Source: Dicyema japonicum (lineage: Eukaryota > Animalia > Dicyemida). Taken from it: DNA of 64,000 nucleotides. The notes beneath the pieces are model-generated. The model saw only the letters and a program-made list of their open reading frames with translations, did no database searches and was not told where the DNA came from. Positions within the stretch are counted from its first letter, which is position 1. Each line of letters begins with the position of its first letter. The stretch is taken from NCBI GenBank assembly GCA_011109175.1, contig RDEW01000046.1, positions 201,545 through 265,544 on the forward strand, read 5' to 3'. Below, one piece after another: positions 12,250 to 25,464 of this stretch. The position numbers were made by a program, and so were the translations under genes.

Positions 12250-13310
12250 TAAATTCTTAAAATAAAGTTTGAGTTCTGTCTAACGTAGATTCAAGTAATG
12301 GAAACATTACCTAATCCTCCCGGGAGGTCTGTGTTTTTTGTGGCTGAAAACTTGGACTCTGTGATCAACAGGATTCAAGGGGTGGAGAGGACTACCCATG
12401 AATGGCCGTCTCATCATCGTCGATATGTGGTTTGTTATTGAGTGACCACCGGCCACTTCTGACCAATTGTTCAAACCCAGATTCCGTTGGTTATATCCTG
12501 TCAGACAACCTAGAAACCTGTAGAGTCTACAGTGTAGACCCTTTTATTTTAGTCTTGTAGTCTTTTTTCTAATGCAATTAAATGGTCGCTCTTATTGCTT
12601 TTTAGAGTAGAAATATAGTTCTATCTTTCTTAGTCAAGAAAACCATTCCTCACATCCATAAATTAAAGTTGGAATAATTATCTCATGAAAAATCAATAGA
12701 AATGTTTCCTAAATGACGCGTAGCATTTTAGTAAATTGAAGGTTTGGAGAGCTTTATTCTCTCTCACTCTGATGTCCTCCATATATATTTCACCAAGGTC
12801 AATTTATATTCCTAAATAGCTTAGTTGAACTATGCACGTTCTTTACCTGAAGTATGTATGAAAATATTTAATGGCATTGGGCTCACCGATGAACCCTATG
12901 GGACCTCATGATAGGTGAGTCATCACTGGAGAAATTTCCTTAATTTTAAAAAGACTCGTTTCCAGTAAAGAATTTTTATTCCAACTAAATAGATACTTCA
13001 AAGCATCCCCTCAGGCTGAAATAGAAGGCTTCATGGCAAACACTGTTAAATGTCTTGGAGATATCTAGATATAGTAGGCTAAGCAGCCTTCTGGACAATT
13101 GAATTAAGCAGGAATAAACAATCCCCACAAGACCATCATGGACGAAATCCCCATTGGTGCCGGAGCAAGAAATTAGCTTCTTCAATTTGCCGAAACAAAC
13201 GTTTAAAGATAATACTCTCGATTATCTTCGAAATAGAGCATCCAAGACTGATTAGTTTATAGTTCAGTAACTCCTTATCGATTTCACTAGGTTACGGACA
13301 ATCCACAATA
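12250..13310 (-). mobile_element. Highly degenerate LINE RT remnant
   Basis: YLDISKTFNSVCHE and GVPIGFIGEP-like RT motif remnants. Confidence 0.5.
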
Positions 13311-13424
13311 TAGACCTCCTTTATAATTAATGGGCGAACTAAGTTAAAAAAGTTAAAATTTAATAATAGCTGAAAAATAATCATTAAAATGATTTTTAAC
13401 TATATTTTATTATAAATAAATGTA

Positions 13425-13581
13425 AGAGGGTTCAATTGGACAAGGCGCTCTCGAGTTGTTTCAGCAACCAGAATCGAACCTGCCTGAGGAGGCTGGCGAA
13501 CAGGCAGGCGAGGAAGGTTGTTGATTAAATATATTAACTTTTTTTATTGTTTGTTAAATAAAGTGGGTTTAAAAATAAATA
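13425..13581 (+). mobile_element. 3' fragment of R4/NeSL-like element
   Basis: Matches 23130-23267 (reverse strand); TSD aaataaatgta (13414-13424 / 13582-13592). Confidence 0.8.
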
Positions 13582-13758
13582 AAATAAATGTATATTGAAC
13601 AAAATCATTAGGTTAAAATTTAAAATTACACTCTGATCCAGATTTGGGGCACCAAGTGCCCCAAAAAAACAGGGGTTTAATAAAAGAGATTTTAAACATC
13701 AAAAATCAATTTTAGAATAATAATCAGTTAATTTATCTCCAGTTATCCTTTTACTTCT

Positions 13759-16053
13759 GTTACCGTGGTGTCATGTGGCTCACCAGAAACGGTGTCACCC
13801 ATTCCAAATTGAACGAAAAGAGCCAACAGCTTCTCCCCACCGTCCGGTGGTCCTCTCATCTCCTGTGTCTTCGACCCTGTCTGGTGTCCCATTTATCCAG
13901 ACTTTTGATTCTTCTATGTGGGGACGTCGAAACCAATCCTGGTCCATGGAGAGGTTTTACAATTATACAACTGAATACGAATGGGATCAGGAAGAAAATC
14001 TTTGAACTCCGGGCACTCCTCCGCGAAAATGAGGCTGACCTCGCTTTAATACAGGAGTCCAAGCTATCTCCCTCCATACCAACACCCTCTTTTCCGGATA
14101 CACAGTGATCCGTAAAGATCGTCAGGGAGGACGCGGAGGAAGACTACTTACTATTATAAAGAAAGATATTCCTTTTATGGATACAACTCAACGAACCTCA
14201 GAGCTTCTTGGCTCCGACAAACTTTGGAGCAGATTACTGTCAAAATCGAGTTATTCCCGTCCTTTTGGATCCATTTGGCTAATTTATATATTCATCCACA
14301 AGGATCGTGTCCGTCATCTTACACCCCTGATTTATCACGCATTTCAACATTGAAAAATCTAGTGTTATGTGGGGATCTTAACGCACGACATCCAGTTTGG
14401 CTCACTTCCCAATTCTCTGATAACCGAGGAGGACTCATTGCAAATTATCTTTCTGACCTGATTATACTGAACAACCCTAACTCACATACGAGGACCCCAT
14501 TAAGGATGACTGATAGCTGCACATCCCCCGACTTAACACTATGCTCACCTTTCTGGCTGGACTCATTTCCTGGAACATCTTTTACGGCTTCTCCAGTGAC
14601 CACAATCCAATCCTTCTAAAATTGAGAGGTCTTCGACGATACAGGAGACGGCCGGCGGAATCAAAAAGATTCAAGGATTATACGAAGGTTGACTGGTCTG
14701 GTTTCAGTAACCTTGTGGATAAATTCTTGGCCCGGAGATTATCCTCCCAATACGCTCTATTGATGAGGCCGCAGATATTATCAGCGCTGCCATTCGGAAA
14801 GCTGACCATATTTTTATTCCTATATCGTCATACAAGAAGTTTATTCCTACCCTCAGCTCTTATACAATAAGTCTTATAAAACAAAGAGACCGGCTGAAGA
14901 GATGCCATCTGTTGGACATGAAGTCTTTGACAGTCCTCAGACAACTGAATAAAAGGATCTGTCAGAGCATAAAAGAACACAAGGACAAGAGATTACAGCA
15001 TCTAGTTAACCACCTCGACAGGAAAAGTACATCCCGACATTTCTGGAAAACTCTTAAACAAGTCAAGTCGGAACTGGATGATGCAGACGGAACCGGAAAA
15101 TGCCACCTACATCCTAACACCCTTACGAAACATTACGCTGGAATTAGCTTCAAACCATTCTCGAAACACCTGGACATTAAGGTGCGTGCCCATAAACCGA
15201 AGAAGGAACCTTACCACGAACTATTCACAGATGACCAAGTCTTGGATGTGATCACCAGATTAAAGAGCTCACGGGCGTGCGGGCCTGACAAAGTATCTTC
15301 TATTCACCTAAAACACCTAAGCCACTACGCAATTGGCTATCTCACGCATATATACAACCTGTCGATTAACTATAATATTATTCCCAAGATTTGGAAGAAT
15401 TCTATCATCATACCGATATTGAAGGCTGGGAAACCGGTTGTAGGAAAAAAAGTCAAGTGGAAAAAAGGTCAAGCGGAAAAAAAGTCAAGTTGTCTTTTTT
15501 TAGTTTATATCGCATTTTTGTGATACTACTAGCATCTTTTAAGGCCTATTTCCGTTACCAGCACACTGTCAAAAATTATGGAGAAACTTGTATTATCAGT
15601 CATTATTCCGTATCTTCCGCGTCCTATATTGAGTATGCCTCCGTTGCATGGAGATTCGGGCTATCGGAGTCTTTGGTCCAAAGAATCAACTCGATATACC
15701 GGAAAACAATCAGTATCCTTTCCCCACGTAATGGATCAACAGTCGACCCACTACTCATGGAAGCTAAGATCCGTAGTCGTGGCTCCGGATTTTTTCGCCT
15801 CTGTGAGGAAGATGGAAATCCGCTTCGCCTGATCCTTCCCATGGCATGAAAAAAACGATTGGATAAGAAATTCCCCTCCCTGATCATATTCCTCTGCAAG
15901 ACCGAGAGAAGGTTCTTCCGGAAAGTAGTGGGGACGATGGAAGATCACAGACGTCGAATGGCACAAGTGATTGCGAGGACTGGGATCACCTAACTGTCTG
16001 ACTCTTTTGTCTTTCTTTCTCGGTGTTCCCGGGGTTATTAAATAAATAAATAA
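13759..16053 (+). mobile_element. Vingi/Ingi-like LINE with both ends, internally deleted
   Basis: 14-bp TSD atccttttacttct (13745-13758 / 16054-16067); 2A motif, APE (IQES, GDLNA, SDH), RT start, GIT* end and (TAAA)n tail. Confidence 0.9.
13893..13946 (+). other. 2A-like ribosomal StopGo peptide
   Basis: LSRLLILLCGDVETNPGP matches D(V/I)ExNPGP, directly upstream of the APE domain. Confidence 0.85.
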
Positions 16054-18600
16054 ATCCTTTTACTTCTTACATTTTTCATAAAATTAAGTCGAAAATCGTA
16101 AAATTCTTTGAGCATTTCAGGAGATACGTAAAAAATTTTCTTCTCTAACTGATCAAGAGAATATTGCGTTTCTCTTACAATTGTTTCGATTGCATCGTTC
16201 TCTAAATCTTCGTTATAAATATTATCAACGAATTTGTCACTTTCCGAATTCAATGTTTTGTTCACGACATTGTTTATTAGTTCTTCTGTAATGGTATCTT
16301 CAATTTTTACGGAATCACGAATCTTTTCAATTTGATTCCAACAATTAAATATTAAACTTGGATCAAGTTTTTCCCAGCTTTTAAAAATTAGCAGAATTAC
16401 ATGACGAAGGTTTATTTTGTTTATCAACCGTTTTAATTCATCATCCTCCTCAAAACACAAATACTGAATCAGATAATTTGAGTAATAATCTTTAAAGGTC
16501 TTGATAATTCCCATATCCAATGGTTGCAAATACGGTATTGTATTTTTTGGCAAAAATTAAAACTTAATATTTGAGCTTTCAATAGATTTATGACATCCCG
16601 CATTATCAAGCAATATTAATACTTTTCTGTTGATTGTATAAAATTTTTCATTTATCCGAGTTAACCAGCTCAGAAAAATATTTCCAGTCATCCATGCTTT
16701 TTTAGAGGATGAATATGAAATTCCAAAATCTTTCACATTGAAATTTTTGAGACATCGAGGGTTTTTAAATTTTCCAACAATCAATGGCTCAAGTTTTTCC
16801 CCATAGAATTGCAACAAAGAAGTACAGTGATTTTATCTTTTTCCTGTTTAAAGCCAACAGTATCATTATTTATTCCCACAAACAACTTTTATAGCGTCCC
16901 TTTTATATAGAGTGCAGTCTCATCGAAATTAGAAACATTTTGTCTTCCATATTGAATAATTTTCTCGTCAAAAATTTTGAAACAATCATTGATATAAGTA
17001 AAATCACGGGAATTTTTTTCTCAGCAAATTGATTTAAATCTCCGTTCATGTCGCTTTTTAAATCTGTCAAGCCAGCCGTTTGAAGCTTTAAAAGTGTCGA
17101 AGCCAATTTTTGAAGCCGTATATAAGGCGATTTTCTTTATGAAAGGAACGGATATTGGAACCTTATCCTCGCGTAGTTTCTGAAATATTTCAAAAACTTG
17201 ATCATCGAATTTAAATTTCTCACAATAAGGCATAAGATCCTAATCCTTGTTCAAGAAAAGGTACAATTGTTTTTTTTATTCGCGAAATCATGCCTTTACT
17301 AGTTTTGTATTTTTTATTATCTGTCTTTCAGATAATTTGTTCTTCAATATCAATTTAGCAATCGTTAATTTTGTTTCTTAGTTAATAAATTAAATTAAAA
17401 TTAAATTAATAACCATTCACAACAAAAAATGTAAATAAAAGAGTAAATTAAAATTATATATTTATTAATAAAATATAATTTTATTTACTTATAATTTCAT
17501 TCCCCACAATTTTATAGTGCCCCAAAATTTCAAAATTTTTTATCGATTTTCCATTTTACTCTGCCAAAATGTTGGCCAAAAAAAATGCCCCAAAATCCGA
17601 GGGTCCCCCACCCCTGGGGTCTGCCCCAATTCGGGGTCGGACTGTATAAGGTTAAATTAACTTTTTTATTGTTTGTTAAATAAAGTGGGTTAATATATTT
17701 TGCCACTAAAATTTTTAGTTGACATACCTAAGATAGCAAAATTGTACCAAATTAAAGCTAAGGCCATTGTTAAGTATTATCCTAAAGAATTTATGATTCT
17801 TGAGGATGGTGCGCTATATTGTCGACTCTGTTTGTGTAATATAAAATGCGAGAAAAGGCAAAAAAAAGGCATTTTGTAAATCCCATCAAAATTCATTTTG
17901 ATGAAAATTTATTGAGTTTTGCGATATAACAATTATTTTTTCTAGATAATCTGACCGAATCGCACCAAACACACATGCCCAATATTCCAAAAATGATGAT
18001 TGGGCTCTACAAGTAACCAGAGCATTTATAAATATGATATTCCACTAAACAAACTATCTATGCCGTGGCTTAGAGAATTGTTTTAAGGAGGCTCTGTTCT
18101 CTCACCGTTAGTTAGCAGTCTATGTGACCTTATCTGAAGCTATTCGAACATTCCAGGTTTCCGAATAATGTCGCTATTGCAGATATTATTATCAAAGTAC
18201 ACGCTTCACAATTGAACAAACATGTGATCGTTTAGAATCGTTGGAATTTGAAAATGACAACAAATTTATTATAGAATACATAAATAAAAGGCTTCAAAAA
18301 ATGATATTTCAAACATAATTAAAATGACTAATTCACACATATCTCCTGCCGATTATTCATTACTCCTGAATTGTCAGCCAACTTAGTGCTCGGTTGAACG
18401 ATGTTTCTCTGAGATAAAGAATTTTCTAAGATCCAACAGACATTTTCTACCAGGAAATTTAGAAAATTATGTAATTTTTATGTGTAACAAAAAGTTTTAG
18501 TGTTCTTATTGTTAGTTATAAAGTTAAATTTTTGGGTTAATTTTTGTAGTTTTTAGGTTAATAAAGTTAATTTTTTTAGGTTAAATTTTTTATTTTTTTG

Positions 18601-19460
18601 ACCAATTCCAGGTCTACGAAATCAGAGAAGCCTGACCAGTCAGCCTTCTTATAATTCTTGAAACTTTTCACTTTGGTCAGCAATGTCCGGTGTTTCCGAA
18701 ATCCTCTTAACGTAAGAAGGATGGGATTATGGTCGCTGGAGAAACCATAGTTCACATCCCATGTAGTGATTCTTGCTAAAGAAGGAGAACATAAGGTTAA
18801 ATCAGGAGAGGTGCAGCTATCAGTGCTCCTTAAAGGGGTTCTTGTGTGTAATTTAAGATCATTATCAGAACAAACATATCAATATGAACTCGCTTCGGGT
18901 GTCAGAGGACTGTGAAGATAGCCAAACGGGGTGTCGGACATTTAGGTCACCGAGCGTTCTTTAGTACTGAAAGGCAGGGTATATTTGGGGTGTAAGATTT
19001 TGGGCAGGATCCTTGTGGTGGAATATATAGGATAATCAAGTTGATCCAAAACAGCTCCATTTTGATGGTGATCTGCTCCATGGTATCGTCTGAGTTCAAA
19101 AGTTCTGAGGTCCGTCAACTCACGTCAATGAAAGGTATACCGTTCTTTATAATTGTGAGTAGTCCTCCACCTGGTCTTCCCTGACGGTCCTTACGGATTA
19201 CTGTGTATCCCGAGGAAATATAGTTTTGGCGTGGAAGATGAGAGCTTGATTCCTGGATGAGAGCAAGTTCAGCTCGAGTTGCGCAGAGGAGAACTCGAAG
19301 TTCCAGGATTTTCCTTTTAATTCCAATTGTATTTAGTTGTAGAATTATTAAGTCTCCGCGTGGACCAGGGTTTTTTCAATGTCGTCACAACACAAGACGG
19401 AGTCGGAGGAACATAGCTTACGGGAACCCCCAAGAGGTAAGGTGAAGTTATTGGCTCTTT
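18601..19460 (-). mobile_element. Vingi/Ingi-like LINE, 5' (2A + APE) half
   Basis: Degenerate DIEKNPGP near 19365-19390, IQES and GFSSDHNP; colinear with the copy at 13759. Confidence 0.8.
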
Positions 19461-19489
19461 CGTTTTTTCCAGAAATACTAATTATAGAG

Positions 19490-20190
19490 CATGTGCAGTA
19501 AAAGGAACAAGGTTAGATGTCATCATTTTCCATGCTTTCCTGTTCCTAGCCAAGGCTCTCATGTTGTACAGGTCGTCGGCATTTTTTAGATTTCTTTTGA
19601 TATTAACCAGGTCTTTTTGTAAAACTATTGGCAGTGTTGTTCTAGGTCTTCCACGATAGCGGCCTTCTTGACCAACATAGTATGTTTACATAGATATGTT
19701 AGGTGGGGATGTTAATTCCATCCTCAGCACGTGTCCGAAGAGCTTCCATCGGGATTCCAGTACTTCTAAACTGATGGGTCTAGTGCTGCATCTCGATATT
19801 CTCGTAGGCCAAGTAGTTCCTGTTATTTTTCTCAGCTGACCTTTGTGGAACGAGTCTAGTTTTTCCATATCCGCTGATGAGGTCGCCCAAGTTCCAACGT
19901 TATATAAAAGTACGGGTTTTATGAATAAGTCGTATAATAGGATTCTCATTTTCGTGTCGATACCTTTTTGATTGAGCCATAGATTCTTCAGTTTATATAA
20001 CGCATCATTGGCTAGAGTTTTCCTACGTAAAATATCTTCGCTATCTTCCATAAGTGAACCGAGTTTCTTTACTTGTCGCCACTTCTCTTCTAGGACGTTA
20101 CTCATCCTTCTTATCTCTGTGAGTTCTGTTTTCTCTCTGTTCACAGTAAGAAACCATTTCCCTAGTACATCTGGTGCTTTTTCTTAATCA
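19490..20190 (-). mobile_element. 5'-truncated RTE-like LINE
   Basis: ORF 19686-20144 with KKLGSL, IKPVLLYN and RWKLFGHVLR. Confidence 0.82.
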
Positions 20191-20271
20191 TTATAAACAA
20201 TAATTTATCTAATAACGAGAAATAACCCAGTGTGAAATATAAATTTAAATAAACAAAAGAAAATTAATAAA

Positions 20272-21357
20272 TTACTGTATTCTAGATTTTAAGTTATCAT
20301 TCTCCATTTGTAGTTTCTGAGTCAATCTTACAAAGTCACGTTGAACAATTTCTGCATCTTCAAGCGAAGTCCGAAGACACTGCAGCCTCACACATAACTC
20401 CCTGATTTCCTCATCAGACTTGTCCTACTAATATTGTAGCACGACGACCTGATTATTTTTAAGATGTTTCATTATGGTTGAAACTTCCTCGACCATATCT
20501 CCAGCGTTGTTTATGTTTGTTGTCCCATGCACGTGATTGGGGTTGACAAAAGTAACCATCTCATCTGTGATCTAAGAATACAAGAGAACCAATGTATTTA
20601 ATGAGCCGATCGATGACATGTGAGTGTTTCATTTTAATTAGTTTAGTGTGATCATCCCTGTCTAATAAATGAGCAGATCTCATAGATTCGAGTTCGTTTG
20701 CATGGTTAACTTTCATTCTCTCGTTAGATTCAGCTAATTCTATGATCCGCTCTCTGTATTGCACCAATAAAAACTCCATTTTCTAGATGACCATTAATAA
20801 AAACCTCGTAGTTGGAAGGCAGATCATTATCGAGTGAATAATCAACAACAGAACGTTTTGTCTAATAATAAACGATAAGACTAAACTGCGATTGTATTAA
20901 ATTCCTGTTCGAGATTATTCTGTTTTTTACTTACTTGACTCAGTGTGAGTTCCTGGGAACTGATTTGTCGGCTGAGAAAGGCAAGCTATAAATAAAATAG
21001 GATCAAACATCTTTCTTAATTGAATCATCCAATTGTGAGTATAGAAATCCATCGTAAACGGGAATATTCGCTCCGATTGATCTAATATCTTCGTGTATGT
21101 CATTGAACTGGAAAAATACTGAAAATAACTTACAGTTCCTAATAAATCCTTAAAAACATCCCCAGGTAGCACAACTTCATCTGTTGACTCTAAATCAGTC
21201 TAATATAAATATTAAAACAACTGTATTGATACAAGTCAACAATTCATCGTAGTCTAAACATTACCCAAGTGTCACCTTTTGTTGAATAATCAGTTATTTT
21301 TAATAATTTCTCCATAATATTAGTCAAGTCACTTTTTTTCACTGTAAAATTTGACAT
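20272..21357 (-). CDS. Coiled-coil protein with a rabaptin-like C-terminus (tiny introns)
   Basis: Last exon LRTSLEDAEIVQRDFVRLTQKLQ resembles rabaptin ELDVSEQVQRDFVKLSQ; ORF pieces are separated by ~22-25 nt GT-AG gaps. Confidence 0.55.
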
Positions 21358-21459
21358 ATCAAGAAAAAGGTAAGATATGTTCGATTTAATTAAAATTGAT
21401 AATATTTAAATTTTTATTTAATTAACTTTTTTTAATTATTATTAAAAAAACGTCTGATT

Positions 21460-22670
21460 ACATCGGATCTGACATTCGTGGTTTCGATCTGAATGATCTG
21501 TAAAACATAGGCCCCTATGCTATCATGGCCTCACCAAAATTTTCAACTTTTCAATCAACGAAAATTGTATTCCTTCCATATGGAAGCTATCAACCATACG
21601 ACCAATTCTGAAACCCGGGCGACCAAAGGGATCACCAGCCTCATACAGACCAATATCTCTCCTATGTGTTACATCAAAACTTTTGGAAAAGCTGATTCTT
21701 GAACTAATCAAACCATACCTTCCTGATGCACCTTTTCAACACGGATTCAGAAAAGGACACTCCACAGAAACGCATCTTACATGCCTTACAAATTTCATCA
21801 AGGATGGACTAAAGCACAAACCTAATCAGAAGTCTTTGCTATGCTCCATCGATATTAAAAAGGCTTTCGACACTGTCCCAAGAAAGCTGTTGACAAGGAA
21901 GATCTTTACGTCAAAAATTCCAAACAACCTGAAAATCTGGATCGCAAATTTCCTAAATGGAAGAAGAGGAAGAGTAACTGCTGGAAAAACTAGATCAGTG
22001 ACCAAGTTCCTTCCAAATGGGGTCCCTCAAGGATCTCCACTTTCACCACACCTATTCAACTTATTTTTAAATGATATGCCCTCCCCCTACCAGAGACGAT
22101 ACTCTGGTTCTGACATATACGGATGATATAATCGTCGCAGTCAAAGACCAGTGCGTTAATACTGCAGTTTACCGGATACAAGCTTCATTGGACGATCGGA
22201 ACTGTTGGCTCGTTAAGAACATTTTACATACAAGTCCCGAAAAGTCTTATACAACAATTTTCACAACATTGTTAAAACACTCCTTGGACAATATAAGGGG
22301 TGTTTCAACTCGAATTTGGACTCGCTCTACGTGCAGTATATTCAACCGTCTCTAACTTACGGGTGTGCTGCATGGGGAACCAAACAGAAATATAGAAAAA
22401 ATCAATACCTTCCAAAAAATGACTAGTAAGGCTTTGCAAAGGTTTTCTTGGACACCTTTAAACCCCACACCTTTTGAGGAATTAGTGAGGAAAGCCGGAG
22501 CCTTACTACCCTCCAATAAAGTTAGAAACCCCCGCCCAATCCGGAAATGCGTTGGAACCCGGGAAGAACACCGAGCAAGAATGAGATGGCTACTCGAAGC
22601 GGCCGGAATCACCTGATGGCTATGTAGTTATTCAATTTGTCGGTGATTTTTGGTTTTTAATAATAATAAT
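21460..22670 (+). mobile_element. 5'-truncated Vingi/Ingi-like LINE
   Basis: QHGFRKGHST, DIKKAFD, GVPQGSPLSP, GIT* and (TAA)n. Confidence 0.85.
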
Positions 22671-23119
22671 CTGAAAGATAGAGTTTTCAGCGAAGGTTAA
22701 TTTTTGTCAAACAGATCCAACCCGTGAGGTGTCGAGTCCTTCTAGCACGACACAGTAGTTGAAAGGGATCTCCCTACCTCTCCCTGACCAAATCCACTGG
22801 TGAAGATTACATTATGAAAAATTCTTATGAATAATGTGAAAAATTCTTATGAATAAAAGATTACATTATGAATAATGTCCGCGACAATAGGACGTTTGAT
22901 GAGAATGGAAGAGGGCTAACCTACTTTTCCACCTATACTCTAAAGCAGAAGTCTAATGGATTATTATAGATTTAATACCATGTAACAATGAATGGTTTCG
23001 TCGATTTATGAATATTTTTATCTAGGTACTTTATACTACTTCAGATATGTTTTCTGTGTTAGCGTGAGAATAATTATCCCTCATAATGTCTGTGGTTAAC
23101 TTTTCAATTTAGTATCTCA

Positions 23120-25460
23120 ATATTGAACTCCACTTTAACCAACAATAAAAAGTTAATATCTAATAATCAACAACCTTCCTCGCCTGCCTGTTCACCAGCC
23201 CCCTAGGCAGGTTCGATTCTGGTTACTGAAACAACTCCGAGAGCGCTTTGTCCAATTGAACCCTCTGCCCATATGTCATCTCTTGGCCCTGCCTCCTATG
23301 CACTAGTATCAGGCTCTCTAGGGCCCGCTTTAATACAGTAGACTATAGATAGGCCTAAAGCTTACTATCTACCCCCAACTGCTTCAGATAACCCATTTGG
23401 TACTTTGTTGCATTTCCTTCCCACGTCAATATTATTGGAATAACGAGAACCTTGCAACCAAGCGTCTGCCCCATCTCGTTTGCAAGAAAGTCATACTTGC
23501 TTTTTTTCCCCACCTCCACAGTCTGCAAACGGTCTTGAGACGTAATGTCAACCTCTATGATAAGGACTTGACCAGACTCCTTATCGTGTACCACAATGTC
23601 CGGTTTAGTGTGCTTGACTAGCACCGAGGTACGGATAACACTGTCTACCTTAATTTGGACCCTGGTGTTCTCTACTACAGATTGCACTTTATGAGTCCGC
23701 AACTTTCTGGTGTGGTGAATACCACACTTATTACATAGAAGAAGATGAAGATTCCTTACTACCTCGTTATGCCTCCACACATAGTCGTGGCAGAGCATGG
23801 ATCCGCACCGAGTGGCTAAATGGTCAACTGATATGCTCCTTGACTTACAATGGAGACATGTATTTGTTAATCGACCCCCAAAAATATCGCGGTCTTGCAT
23901 ATACGTGTACAGGGCCTCCGATCGAGGTAAGTTGTCACCGTATTTTAGCCATATTGTCGACGACTTAAGGTCGGTGTTGTCCAATGCTCTGAAGAGGACC
24001 TTATGAAGGCTTTTTAAGTTGATCTTTTCCATCAAATTATTATATTGTAATTCGATCAACGCCTTCACATTTACTAGCCCACCATCATCAACACCATACT
24101 TAGCAGACAAAAAAGGTCTGATAGTGCCTAGGTGGGTTGCCCGTGTTTTCTCGGTCGTTATTATGGCGTGCTTCCTAGCAGACACACTTGACCCAGCTAT
24201 CAGGGTGTCGTGCATTCGCATTAGGATACGCTCACTTAGTTGGACTACTCCACACAGTCCACGGCCGAATTTATCACGGGGTAAATATAGTCTCTCCTTA
24301 TTGGCTGCCAGCACATGGACATGGTTCTCTCTGAGTACTCCACGGATCATAACATCCATCTCATCATACTCTTTGGGCTCAAACTCCACAACACCTATGT
24401 AGTAGTTTAGCAGCGAGACAGCATACTCATTTAATGCTAGGAACAAATTCCTTGCATTTAGAGACGTCTTACAATAACGCTGCTCTTTTACGGATGCCTT
24501 CAGTAATTTGTCGCTTTGTCTCAGGCATTATAAGGGACTTTGGAGATTCGGTAACACCCAGATACTTATATCCTTCGTGTTCCTCTAGGACTCTTACTAA
24601 CTCGCTACATACTTGCGTGTTAGTCGCAGACTTTGAATAATTCAAATCTAGTCCTATACTCTCAAAGAATTCCCTGGCACAGACCCCCATGGAGTAGAGC
24701 TCCTCGGCTGTTCGAGCATACATCTTCAGGTCATCGATAAAAAGAAGGTGATTTGTACTGAAACAAACCCCCTCACAATGAACTGGTATTTGCTCAAACC
24801 GGTCATTGAGGCGGCGACTCAATGGCTCCAAACAGAGAACAAAGAGCAGCGGAGACATGCTATCCCCTGAAGGATCCCCCTCTTGAGTTTTACCTCGCCT
24901 ATCCGGTGCCTATTATAGTTCAGATGAATACTCCACCTATTCATCACAGCCACTACAAAGCTGATGAACCACACAGGCATACACAGACTGTGTAGGCACT
25001 CGACAAGGTAAGAATGATCAACTGAATCGTAAGCCTTCTTCACATCCACCCACATAGACAAAAGTGAGTTTCCGTGAGACACAGAAAGGCACTTGTTGAT
25101 CAAAGCCTGCTCTTTTACCCCTGACAATTTCGCACAGTACCCAACTGATTTTCGAAGAGAATCCCATTTGCTTCTACAAAGCTCCTGACCTCATTAGCCA
25201 CCAATTTGGTCATCAGCTTATACAGATTGGCATGAAGGTTATCGGTCGATAATCTGCAGCAGACTGAGGGTTGTCCAGCTTTGGGATCAAATATGTTGTC
25301 CCCGTGCAGGCCCAATCAGGAATCGTTTCCGGGATAGTGATGCTTTTCTGTAATACACGACACATAGACTCGTGCAATGAAGTGCATCTATTGATAAAGA
25401 AATTATAGACTTTATCGATCCCGGTCGTTTTCCAATTACGGAGATGTCTCACTACCGCCT
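23120..25460 (-). mobile_element. R4/NeSL-like RLE non-LTR retrotransposon, 5'-truncated
   Basis: DVKKAYDSV, GILQG, LLFIDD, YKYLG, CLHC..DHLATRC..RHNEVV and KPD..IIEV (RLE). Confidence 0.88.
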
Positions 25461-25464
25461 CAAA

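Larger units (their letters stand above)
13629..17644 (-). mobile_element. pogo/Tigger-like DNA transposon (interrupted by a LINE)
   Basis: Imperfect TIRs cactctgatccagatttggggc / cagtccgaccccgaattggggc, TA TSD; FKASNGWLDRFKKRH, KAWMT, LLDNAGCH, LQPLDMGII. Confidence 0.88.
13331..18600 (+). mobile_element. hAT/CGGBP1-like DNA transposon, copy 2 (interrupted)
   Basis: Same end and zinc-finger region as copy 1; C-terminal PT*CSVERCFS (hAT dimerisation motif) near 18380; no right TIR seen. Confidence 0.75.

Noticed and set aside
13759-13830. HDV-like ribozyme at LINE 5' ends, as in L1Tc
   Set aside because: Could not build the nested double pseudoknot; the 5' UTRs are too short
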